Shown: in pieces, positions 10,891 to 21,022 of the stretch
Position numbering within the stretch: the stretch's first letter is position 1
Layout of the letters: the number at the start of each line of letters is the position of its first letter
NCBI GenBank assembly: GCA_001600815.1
Contig: BCKZ01000034.1
Span: 1 to 64,000 of the forward strand
Length of the DNA stretch: 64,000 nucleotides
Reading direction: 5' to 3'
Source: Alloascoidea hylecoeti
Taxonomy: Eukaryota
Position numbers and translations under genes: made by a program
The notes under the pieces: model-generated
The model's database searches: none
What the model saw: the letters and a program-made list of their open reading frames with translations, nothing else
What the model was told of the DNA's origin: nothing

Positions 10891-11772
10891 TTAAATTGAT
10901 GAAACTTTGGCATCATTGGCAATATTTCTGTAGACATCAAATCTTCTCTGGGTACTAATTGGAATTCCAGATTTGATAGTTTCGAGAATTTGAGGGTCAA
11001 GAGTTGCGTAAACTATCTCCTCACCTTCTCCAGCCTCTGAGACGATTTTACCATATGGATCGACGACTAAGGAATGACCATAAGCATGGTAATCCGAAGA
11101 CAAATCTCTCGCTGGAGAAGCGACGATAACATATATTTGGTTATCTACGGCTCTTGCACGAGCCAGAAGATGCCAATGTAAAGGGCCGGTAGTTGTGTTG
11201 AAAGCTCCGGGGTAAATCTGGGCAAAAGAATTGTTCGGGGATCGTGCTGAAATGGCTGCCAATTCAGGGAATCTGATATCGTAGCATATACCCAGACCCA
11301 CGTTGCCGTAAGTGGGCAGGTTGAAGACAGTTGCCTTTTCACCGGGAGACAAGATTGTGGATTCTTTGAATGAGATCTTGCCTGGAATATCAATATCAAA
11401 CAAATGGACTTTGCGATGTTTGGCTATAATGACGCCATCGGGACCAAAAGAAAGACTAGTATTGTAGTATTTGGGGACATTGCCAATTAACTCAACTTCA
11501 GGGATGGAGCCTCCTACCAGAAGAACTCCAAGGTCTTTGGAAAGATTGGAGAGGAATACGGTTGTGTCACCTTGCGGGATCAGTTCAGCGTACTTTGGGA
11601 AGGCCGTGACGGAGTAAGGGGAGTTGAAACATTCTGGGAGGACGATCAGCTCAGCACCGTTTGCAGCAGCCTTTGTAATCCATTCTTTCGCTCTAGAGAG
11701 GTTATAAGCCTTGTCGGAAGTGGCGGCCAATTGGACCAGGGCAACTTTGATGGATTTGGAGAGTACTCCCAT
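10891..11772 (-). CDS. NIT3: Carbon-nitrogen hydrolase / omega-amidase
   Basis: Catalytic triad motifs LPECFNSPY, HRKVHLFDIDIPG, GICYDIRFPE; YPGAFNTTTGPLHW. Confidence 0.92.
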   Translation of the reverse strand: MGVLSKSIKVALVQLAATSDKAYNLSRAKEWITKAAANGAELIVLPECFNSPYSVTAFPKYAELIPQGDTTVFLSNLSKDLGVLLVGGSIPEVELIGNVPKYYNTSLSFGPDGVIIAKHRKVHLFDIDIPGKISFKESTILSPGEKATVFNLPTYGNVGLGICYDIRFPELAAISARSPNNSFAQIYPGAFNTTTGPLHWHLLARARAVDNQIYVIVASPARDLSSDYHAYGHSLVVDPYGKIVSEAGEGEEIVYATLDPQILETIKSGIPISTQRRFDVYRNIANDAKVSSI

Positions 11773-11918
11773 TTTACTTTGTACTAGTATTGGAGAATGG
11801 AGGATGTAAAAGTACGTTGATTACTTACAATTAATATTGCAAAAATTAAAGAATTATGGCACGATATTAGAGAAATGGTAGGTTTGAACTATTTACAGCT
11901 GATTCGTTTCAATTCTAA

Positions 11919-12189
11919 CTAGATGGTGAAGCCAAAACCTTTCATACACGATTTGTAGCTGAGTACAAGATCGTTGCACTTATCCGATTCCTGGCCATAC
12001 AGAAGCATGCACTCGTCTCTCACAGACTTCTCGTCTTTGCAGACACAGCATGGTTTGGGTTTTTTAACTGGAAAAAGTGTGTTAGTGGGAGCCCTGGAAA
12101 ACAGAGGCGAGCAGCCACATACCATCGCAGTGGTCCTGGGTGTCCACAGTCGCAGCAGGTTTGGTTCCAAAGAGTCCGAAAAACGCCAT
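11919..12189 (-). CDS. COX17: Mitochondrial copper chaperone Cox17, 71 aa; exons 12189-12123 and 12067-11919
   Basis: KPKPCCVC..RDEC..C..YKSCMKGFGF twin CX9C; intron 12068-12122 GTATGT..CACTAAC..CAG. Confidence 0.93.
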
Positions 12190-12254
12190 TTATTAGTGAT
12201 GTATTGATCAGTAAAGAACAAATTCAATGTTTTCTGAGTAATCTCGCCTGGCGA

Positions 12255-12262
12255 CACGTGAC
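12255..12262. promoter_or_regulatory. Cbf1-type E-box (GTCACGTG on minus strand) in the 135-bp COX17/DNM1 divergent promoter
   Basis: Sequence CACGTGAC; function inferred from the motif only. Confidence 0.45.
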
Positions 12263-12324
12263 GCTATTTCTTTCCACACACGTCTAATATTCCTTCAGTT
12301 CGCCACCTTTTAAGATCAAAACAG

Positions 12325-14788
12325 ATGTCGTCGCTCGAGGATCTCATTCCGCTTGTCAACAGACTGCAGGACCTGGTGTTCAACACAATCGGCTCGGACA
12401 CCATCGACCTCCCCCAGGTCGTTGTCGTGGGCTCCCAATCCTGCGGCAAGAGCTCCGTTCTGGAGAATATCGGTATGCTCCTGAACAGATGAATCTTTGT
12501 TGCTCCATTTAACTAACTAGTCTCTCTCAGTTGGTCGCGACTTTCTTCCCCGTGGAACAGGCATTGTCACGCGCCGTCCGCTGATTCTTCAGCTCATCAA
12601 CACCCCCCATCCCACAACTAGTACTGGATCCCCCCACGAAGATCAATCGAGGCACATCTCCTTGGATAAATCCTCACACCCTTCTGCTTCTCCCACAAAC
12701 ACCTCTGAATACGGCGAGTTTCTTCACATCCCAGGAAGCAGATTTTATGACTTTGCTGCTATCAGACGCGAAATCGAATCGGAAACTGCTCGTATTGCTG
12801 GAAGTAATAAAGGCATCAACAGATTACCTATCAACCTCAAGATTTACTCGCCCCATGTCTTAAATCTCACCCTTGTCGATCTTCCAGGCCTTACTAAATT
12901 GCCAATTGGTGATCAGCCTAGTGACATCGAGAAACAGATTCGCAACCTTATACTTGAATATATTGCTAAACCCAACAGTATTATCTTGGCCGTTTCTCCT
13001 GCAACTGATGATCTGGTCAATTCAGAATCTTTGAAATTAGCTCGTCAAGTGGATCCACAGGGAAAGCGTACCATTGGTATACTCACAAAAATGGATCTTA
13101 TGGACCATGGAACAAACGCCCTGGAAATATTAACTGGAAGAGTATATCCTCTTAAATTGGGGTTTATTGGGGTAGTCAATCGTTCTCAACAGGATATTGC
13201 TTCTGCAACTTCTCTAAGAGACTCTCTAGCTCGTGAGTCGGAGTTCTTCCAAAATCACCCTGTCTACAGAAATATTTCTCATAAATGTGGTACCTCGTTT
13301 TTAGCCAAAACTTTGAATAACACTCTAATTAATCACATTAGAGAAAGACTACCTGACATAAAAGCAAGGCTCAACACCTTAATTGGTCAAACTGAACAAG
13401 AACTCGCTCAGTATGGTGGTGATGCTTTGTTTTCTGGAAAAGAACATCGAGGCACTCTCATTTTACAATTAATGACCCGTTTTGCTAATAACTTTGTTTC
13501 TTCTATTGAGGGAACTTCTTTAGATATTTCAACAAAAGAATTATGTGGTGGTGCTAGAATATACTATATATATAACGAAGTGTTTGGTCATTCTATACAA
13601 TCCATTAATGCTTTGGAAAGTTTAAGTCTTACAGACATTAGAACTGCAATAAGAAACTCTACTGGTCCAAGACCCTCACTTTTTGTCCCAGAACTTGCCT
13701 TTGATTTACTTGTCAAACCTCAGATTAAGCTTTTAGAAGGCCCATCCAATAGATGTGTTGAACTCGTTTATGAAGAACTAATGAGAATATGTCATAACTG
13801 TGGGTCCGGTGATCTTGACCGATATCCAAAATTGAAAGCTAAAATTATAGCAGTCGTTTCAGACTTACTTCGTGTTAGACTTGGGCCAACATGTAGTTAT
13901 GTTGAATCCCTCATTTCAATTCACCGTGCCTACATTAATACCAATCATCCACAATTTATAGGTGCAGCCTCTGCTATGCAAATGGTGATGGAAGAAAAAC
14001 AGGCAAAGGAAAAGGCTCAGAAATCACAGTTGAAACGTCAACAAATTCTTAAAGATCAGAATGAAAGAAAAGAAAATGAAAAACATGATAAAGAAAAAGG
14101 TAATGTAAATAGAAGTGCATCGAAAGGACGGCCTAGTAGTAGTAAGGATTCTATTTCAAATGGAAGTGATGAAACAAATGATTTGTTACTTGGAGGAGAT
14201 GCTGTTAAAACAACCTCAATAGATAGAAACTCTGGGTCTGAAAATAAAGAATCATTCCTCAACTACTTTTTTGGAGGAAATAATAATGCTAATGGTGTTG
14301 ATAACGGGAATGGTCAACCCCAATTTTCTTCAACTACTTCAAATAAACAGCCTGGTGCTAACTCAGTACTTACTAGTTTTGGACAGCAACAACAACCTGG
14401 GTTTCTACCTGGTTCAGTTAATTCTGGTAGAGCTCATGATCATCACCAATCATTAAGTCAATCGGTTGATGAGTTAAATATAAACAGTGACACAAGCATG
14501 TCAGATAGTGAAATAATGGAATGTGAACTTATTCGTCGTTTAATTATTTCATACTTTGATATTGTTCGGGAAATGATTCAAGATCAAGTTCCTAAAGCTA
14601 TCATGTGTTTACTAGTAAATCATTGTCGGGAATCGGTACAAAATACATTGGTCAGTGAAATTTATAAAGAAACTCTTTTTGATAGTCTATTATTTGAGGA
14701 TGAAAACTTGGTTATAGAACGGGAGAAATGTAAAAAGGTGTTGGAGACTTATAAACAGGCAGCCAAAATTATTAGTGAGACATTATAA
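12325..14788 (+). CDS. DNM1: Dynamin-related GTPase for mitochondrial fission; exons 12325-12472, 12531-14788
   Basis: [58 protein letters not shown]; insert-[12 protein letters not shown] domain; intron GTATGC..ACTAAC..CAG. Confidence 0.96.
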
Positions 14789-15097
14789 CTGTAGATAGAA
14801 ATCTGATATAAAGTACACATGCATATAAAATAAATGAGTATACACAATTGCGATTCCAGTTATACAGCCTGATAATATTAAAACTTGGAAAGGCGAGTGT
14901 AGATTTCCAATGAGAATAATAGCCATTATATAAAACCGATGAAAATATATAAAAAATGAAAAGTCATGATGTTAACAGATAAAACAAATAGATATAGAGA
15001 CTAGAAAAAAATAGCAAAAAAAAAAAAAAACATTTAAAATAAGATTGATAATTAATAAAAGAGAGATGCTGCAAGCCATTAATTAATTAACAGTTAA

Positions 15098-16381
15098 TTA
15101 TATACTCACATCGAGTACAACACTAACATCATCAACACGCTTTACTGCCAAATCACGTAGAAATGGGATTAAATCAGACAGTTCACAATCATGTAAGTCG
15201 GAAAACCAACTTGATATTGGCACGGCATGTTGAGGGTGAAATATATAAGAAGCTGGGGAATTGTCCAAAATTATGATATCTTTTAAATCTCGTCCCAATT
15301 GAGATAAATTTTTTATAAAATTTCCTTGATAATTGTAGCAATTTTCTCTGAAAAGACGATGATGTACAGAGTTAGAGGTATCCAGTATATCTAGTAAAGG
15401 ATCACCATAACGAGATACACTTGCGGTGAAAACAACAACTTCATATAGCTGACCAACAGCTTTCATGAACTCGTCAACTCCAGGCCGTTTAACAACATAA
15501 ACATCATGAACCATACTATCTATATCCACCGGTATGACAAAATCAGCGGATCGTAAGTATTTGAAACTGCTGTGAACGAGCGTTTCATCAAGATCTAGCA
15601 CTAAGCATTTGCGTCCTTTAAATAGTGGAGAGACTGGGGGAAGTAGATAGCCTGAAGATTGTGTGACTTGACCAGGTTGAATATCCATAAAGGCGAAGTT
15701 TTCTACGTCGGCAGCACCTAAACCCATTTGTAGGGGAGTTATAGGCGGTCGTAATGAAAGACTTGGAGTACCATTAAGTTCTAACTCGTAGCTTGAGGAA
15801 TCATTAGAAGAAGTGGTTGAATCTGAAGTTGAAACCGTCCGGGTGGTCGTAATGGCAGGAGTTTCAGCCAGCCTTGTTGAAGAGTCAATAGCGTTCATAC
15901 TTGTATTTGGGTCCGCAGCCGATACGGAGGACGTATAAACGACGATGCCGTCAACATCTTCTTCCTCTTCTTCTTCGCTGAGGACTTTTTCCTCGACGTC
16001 GAGATCGTCACGAGTATCATCATTATCACGGGCGGTTCCTGCAAGGGAAGGTGCGGTATGTGCGGTGTTACCAGTGTTAGCAGTGTACTGATCGCCCTGG
16101 TTGTCGATGCTGAGGGTCTGGGAGGTTTCGGAAACGCGTTTTTCGTTGAAGATGGCAGGCTGCACAGCCGGATCCGGACTTCGCTCCAGTTTGAGGGACA
16201 GCCTATGGGGCAGGACGTTTGGGGTCGGGTCGGTCAGGTGGACGCTACGCCGGGACAGCTGGGCCAGCTTTGTAGGGGCCGTGAGGGTCTCCTCTGTGAA
16301 GGACCCGGGGGACGGGGTGTCCTGGAGGCCCTGGCGACGCGGCTGGCAGCACAGAAGAATGGCGGAGAGCTTTGCGAACAT
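15098..16381 (-). CDS. PSR1: Psr1/Psr2-like HAD (SCP/CTD small) phosphatase
   Basis: [11 protein letters not shown] motif; N-terminal [12 protein letters not shown] palmitoylation-type motif places the likely start at 16381. Confidence 0.88.
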   Translation of the reverse strand: MFAKLSAILLCCQPRRQGLQDTPSPGSFTEETLTAPTKLAQLSRRSVHLTDPTPNVLPHRLSLKLERSPDPAVQPAIFNEKRVSETSQTLSIDNQGDQYTANTGNTAHTAPSLAGTARDNDDTRDDLDVEEKVLSEEEEEEDVDGIVVYTSSVSAADPNTSMNAIDSSTRLAETPAITTTRTVSTSDSTTSSNDSSSYELELNGTPSLSLRPPITPLQMGLGAADVENFAFMDIQPGQVTQSSGYLLPPVSPLFKGRKCLVLDLDETLVHSSFKYLRSADFVIPVDIDSMVHDVYVVKRPGVDEFMKAVGQLYEVVVFTASVSRYGDPLLDILDTSNSVHHRLFRENCYNYQGNFIKNLSQLGRDLKDIIILDNSPASYIFHPQHAVPISSWFSDLHDCELSDLIPFLRDLAVKRVDDVSVVLDVSI

Positions 16382-16535
16382 GTGCTTGGAGAAAGCTCTG
16401 AGCTGGGAAGTGCTGCTCAACTGCCCTGCCGGTCCCATGTCTACGCCGTCCTCGCCCCACCACGCGTACATCCCAGCACCGTCCGTCAACCTCCAACCTT
16501 TTTCATCGCTGCTTGTGGATCATCTCAGATCTCGA

Positions 16536-18221
16536 ATGGCCTCCCATCTCGACCGCATCACCCGTGGCGTCGAGGATCTTCGCATCCCGGCTCCCGACCT
16601 CTCCAGAAACATCGATCAAGTCCTCCCCAACAGAGAATCCAACCAGAACAAACTGCAAACCGTCCAGGAATCAGGTGCTGTCCAAGGAAATGTTGTGACT
16701 CTATCCACCTCCCCGACCCACTCTCCAGCCCACTCTCCGTCCCACTCTCCCACTCGTCCGGTGGCTGCAACCCCCTCGCTGCCCAGAGAGTTCTACGTCA
16801 AGGCAAACCTCCCCAAAACAAAACGTCTGGTCAGTGTCTGTCAGATGTACTTCCTGGAATACTACTACGATCTGTTCGATTATGTCATCAACCGACGCCA
16901 AAGAATGGTCACTGTCACAGATGCAATCGCAAACCTTCCTCCCAAAGAACTACAGGTCCAGTGGAAATCCTATTGCGGCAGAGAAAGAGCTGCTCTGCGC
17001 AAACGAAGAGTTAAACCCAGACACAAGGACTTTGAACTGATAACTAAAGTCGGCCAGGGTGGTTATGGAGAGGTTTATCTAGCTCGAAAATCGGATACCC
17101 GTGAAATTTGTGCTTTGAAAGTTCTCAACAAAAAATTGCTTATGAAATTAGATGAGACAAGACATGTTTTAACTGAAAGAGATATCTTGACAAATACTCG
17201 ATCGGATTGGTTAGTTAAACTCTTATACGCTTTTCAGGATCAAAACAATGTCTATCTGGCTATGGAATTTGTCCCCGGTGGCGATTATCGTACCCTGCTA
17301 AACAACACTGGAGTTTTGGTCCCTCCCCATGCTCGTTTCTATATAAGTGAAATGTTTGCAGCTGTTAGTGCTTTGCACGATCTTGGTTACACACATCGTG
17401 ATTTGAAACCTGAAAATTTCCTCATAGACTCAAAAGGCCATATTAAACTCACAGATTTTGGTCTTGCCGCTGGATCTGTATCAAATGAGAAAATCGAAAG
17501 CATGAAATTGAAGTTAAATGCTGTCAAAGATCTGAAAGTTCCAACTAGGTCAGTCAAAGAGCGACAAAAATTATACAGGTCCATGAGAATGAAAGATGTT
17601 CAATATGCAAATTCTATAGTTGGTTCTCCTGACTATATGGCTCTTGAAGTTTTACAAGGAAAACACTATGATTATACAATTGATTATTGGTCTTTGGGTT
17701 GTATGTTGTTCGAAACCCTAGTTGGTTATCCTCCATTTGCTGGTGGAAGCCCAGAAGAAACTTATCACAATTTAAGAAATTGGAGAACAACGTTACGCAG
17801 ACCTCAATATGAAGATGGTAGATTTGTTTTTAGTGATCGTACATGGCAACTCATTTCTCGTTTAATAACAACCTTCCAGGATCGTGTCAAATCTTTTGAA
17901 GAAATAAAACGATTCCCTTATTTTGCTGATATTGATTGGGTTCATGTCAGAGAAAGATCTCCCCCTTTTATACCTCAATTGGATGACGATGAGGATGCTG
18001 GTTACTTTGATGATTTTTCAAATGAAAAAGATATGGAAAAATATAAAGAAGTGATGGATAAAAAGTTCCAAATAGAGAACTTGGCAGATAGAAATGTCCC
18101 TCCTCACAGTTTTATTGGATTCACGTTTAAGCACAAATCAGGAAATAACGACTTGGGAGATACTAATAGTTTTAGACACAACCCCCATAGAAGAGAAGAT
18201 CTGTTCAGTACATTATATTGA
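16536..18221 (+). CDS. DBF2: NDR/LATS-family mitotic exit kinase
   Basis: Mob1-binding region CQMYFLEYYYDLFDYV..LRKRR, GQGGYG, HRDLKPEN, ANSIVGSPDYMALE, hydrophobic motif FIGFTF. Start at 16536 is likely; 16437 is an alternative. Confidence 0.92.
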   Translation: MASHLDRITRGVEDLRIPAPDLSRNIDQVLPNRESNQNKLQTVQESGAVQGNVVTLSTSPTHSPAHSPSHSPTRPVAATPSLPREFYVKANLPKTKRLVSVCQMYFLEYYYDLFDYVINRRQRMVTVTDAIANLPPKELQVQWKSYCGRERAALRKRRVKPRHKDFELITKVGQGGYGEVYLARKSDTREICALKVLNKKLLMKLDETRHVLTERDILTNTRSDWLVKLLYAFQDQNNVYLAMEFVPGGDYRTLLNNTGVLVPPHARFYISEMFAAVSALHDLGYTHRDLKPENFLIDSKGHIKLTDFGLAAGSVSNEKIESMKLKLNAVKDLKVPTRSVKERQKLYRSMRMKDVQYANSIVGSPDYMALEVLQGKHYDYTIDYWSLGCMLFETLVGYPPFAGGSPEETYHNLRNWRTTLRRPQYEDGRFVFSDRTWQLISRLITTFQDRVKSFEEIKRFPYFADIDWVHVRERSPPFIPQLDDDEDAGYFDDFSNEKDMEKYKEVMDKKFQIENLADRNVPPHSFIGFTFKHKSGNNDLGDTNSFRHNPHRREDLFSTLY

Positions 18222-18511
18222 ATATTGTAAGTTTCCAAGTTTTCACTTCCTTGCAATGATTGCTTTTTCATTTCTATTTCTATTTTTATGTTTATGTTTA
18301 TTAATTTTTTATTCTATTTATATTTGCATTTGATTTTTGGTTCATTTTTATATTTCATTTCATGGAATTATCATGATCTTACTCTATAAGTATAAATATA
18401 TATATTATATAGTACATTGTAATTGGATTCCTTGTCTATCACATTAAATAAATAAATAACACAGCAGGTAGTTGCTAATAATAAGTTGGCTGAAAGTTAT
18501 AAATTTTGACA

Positions 18512-19672
18512 TTATATAAGCGTATCATAACGTTTATATGCTTGAAGCATTCGAAGGGACTCTTCATAAACCCAAATAGAAATCGCACTTTAAAAAAAGA
18601 TATGTTAGTATTTTTATTAAATATATTTCCCAACAAATGTTCAACAAACCTTGCTGGTGCGGATTTAATAATCGCAACTAAAAACCCTTTATAAAGACCT
18701 CGTATTCCTTCATAAACAATTATCTGTTTCAAGCACTGTATAATACTACTGGGGTACTTTGGTATTTCTTGCAGATAGTATTGACGATAAATTCCTTGGA
18801 CTTGTAGTCTTCTTCTTACTACATCCAAAGGAAATATCACACCTTTTCCAACAATCGTAGCTATAATACTCGAAACAGGCTCCGAGAAAGTGCCAGGTAA
18901 GATCGGATAATTATCAAAAAGTCGCCGCATAGCCTCGTAACTGGTGAAAAATAGGCCCATGTACGGAGTGATTGCAAACACCGCCGGTTTAACACCTTTG
19001 AAAAATCCAGAAACTCCTTCTGCTTTATAAATAATCCCAATTGCTTGTGGCAACGAGGTGAATATTCTTTTATTTCCATTTCCTTGGGCTGCAAATCGTG
19101 TCCGAAGTAAATCGAAAGGATATGTAGTGAGAGAACTAACTGATCCGGCGACAGCACCTGTTACAAAGGTTTGGATTGATTCAGGAAGTTTAAAGCCATA
19201 ATATTGTTGCAAAGTGTTCAGTTGCTTATTTGTAGCACTATAACAGGTGAACTGGACCGCACCATAACAAAGATATAAAATTTCAGCAGGTATATTTCCT
19301 TTCCATAATGCCTAAAACAGTAAGTATATCAATATTAGAACTCCATCGTATAAACAAAATAATATAATCCACAAAATTTAAAAAGGTACCTTTATTCCTT
19401 CTTCACGGACAATCAATCTCATCGATTTCAATAGACCAGAATATTTCCCATTTTTCGCCTCAACCTGTAATTGTAGACGAATTTTGACTGTGTCGAAAGG
19501 TGCGGTTGCAAACCTTGGATTATGTTAGTGTTGTTTGGCTTGTGCTTCATGTCATCACCACTCACCTCGATAGGATTCCTGATATGCTACCACAAATCAC
19601 AGCTTCTCCTCCTGTTGCTACATAGTTTCTGTGTAAATGGTCTTCGCTTTTAGGGCTGGACGGTTTAGACAT
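18512..19672 (-). CDS. TPC1: Mitochondrial thiamine pyrophosphate carrier; exons 19672-19566, 19513-19390, 19311-18650, 18587-18512
   Basis: Three carrier repeats (PFDTVKIRLQ, PFDLLRTRF, PLDVVRRRLQ) and ALWKGNIPAEILYLCYGAVQF; three introns restore the frame. Confidence 0.85.
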
Positions 19673-19795
19673 CGTCCCTAAGTGTGTGGTCAAAATAACA
19701 ATTTCTTTCCTTGTTAACAAAATTTTGTTACGAAGTCACGAGTTTCTTCACTAAAATGGCATATTTAAATATAAAACAAATATTTAAGGTTAAAA

Positions 19796-20686
19796 TTATA
19801 GCATTCTAACACCACGACTATAACTGGATCTTTCAAAAGCATTATAGCCATTATTATTTTGATAATACGACCTGGATCCCGACGGATATGATGAGTATTG
19901 TCTAAATTGCTGCTGTCGTTGTTGCTGTTGTTGTTGTGCATTATAATCAAACGTGCTACCATGATTCCAAACAACATTATCAAAATTAAAGTCATTCTCA
20001 TTACCTGTAAGCGACCTCTCACTCACAAATATCCCACGGCTGTTTGCGGTTTTCTGAGACCCATTGAAGGAGTCTGTCCAAGTCGAAAACTTTTCCTTGG
20101 CCACAGACTTCAAATCGTTTTTGAATCTGGTCGTATCGCCAGAAACAGCAGAATTGAAAAGGAAATCAAGGGTTCCACTAGATTTATTTTTGCGCACTTC
20201 ATACACATCTTCCTCCATATCTTCCTTATAAGTTTCCTCCTTGTTTTCGTCCGTTCCTTGCCATTGCTCATTCATTTCCTTTTCCTCCATTTCCTTTTCC
20301 TTCATTTCTCTGTCCTTCATTTCTTTTGCCCTCATTTCTTTTTTTACCGATCTCTTCTCCCGGTAAACGTTACATTTCTGGTGAGCCTTTTTAACTCCAG
20401 CTTCAATACCAGCTCTATTGTCCCAAATAACCTTAACGGCTTTCTCAAAGTCTTCCTTGTTACGACTACTAACAAGCAAGTATAACCCTTTGAGTATTCC
20501 TGCATATGACACACTGCTCTTTTTAGGACTGGTGTCACTGTCTCTAGCCGAATTAACCGTTTTCTCAATGTCTTTAGATGTAAATTTCTCCATAATGAAC
20601 TTTAGAATAAGCATTAGAATTGTGAATTCTGCTTTTTTCTGTGTAGAACAGATCATTATTAATATATCAAGAATCTCTTTCTTCAT
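19796..20686 (-). CDS. Hypothetical protein, 296 aa, K/E/M-rich repeat and poly-Q
   Basis: Long ATG-initiated ORF in AT-rich context; no recognised family. Confidence 0.6.
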   Translation of the reverse strand: MKKEILDILIMICSTQKKAEFTILMLILKFIMEKFTSKDIEKTVNSARDSDTSPKKSSVSYAGILKGLYLLVSSRNKEDFEKAVKVIWDNRAGIEAGVKKAHQKCNVYREKRSVKKEMRAKEMKDREMKEKEMEEKEMNEQWQGTDENKEETYKEDMEEDVYEVRKNKSSGTLDFLFNSAVSGDTTRFKNDLKSVAKEKFSTWTDSFNGSQKTANSRGIFVSERSLTGNENDFNFDNVVWNHGSTFDYNAQQQQQQRQQQFRQYSSYPSGSRSYYQNNNGYNAFERSSYSRGVRML

Positions 20687-21022
20687 TGTTAATTATGGTA
20701 AATGAAGCTTAGAAGAAATTTGAAATAATTTTGAATTTAAATGAAATTTACTATATATTAATACTTTGTAATTTAAAGCAGATATACCTCAATATCAATA
20801 TCCAAATTCTAAAGATAATCAATTATATAAATATCTTCCTTTTGATAAATATAACTATATTAGCTAGTTACCTCTTAACCCCTGAAATTTGAAATTTGCA
20901 GTCACTAATTCAATAATTATAATCGTGTAGCATACAGAAATAAAGCAAAATTATAATATATATTTACCCTATGACATAATATTAATAAGACAGGATAATT
21001 GTACGATAAGCTCTAGATATAA

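Noticed and set aside
16101..16489. True coding overlap of PSR1 and DBF2
   Set aside because: Family-typical N-termini start at 16381 (-) and ~16536 (+); the extensions reflect stop-codon scarcity in a GC island.
16058..17014. 318-aa alternative-frame ORF
   Set aside because: Shadow ORF in GC-rich sequence overlapping two real genes; no recognisable motifs.
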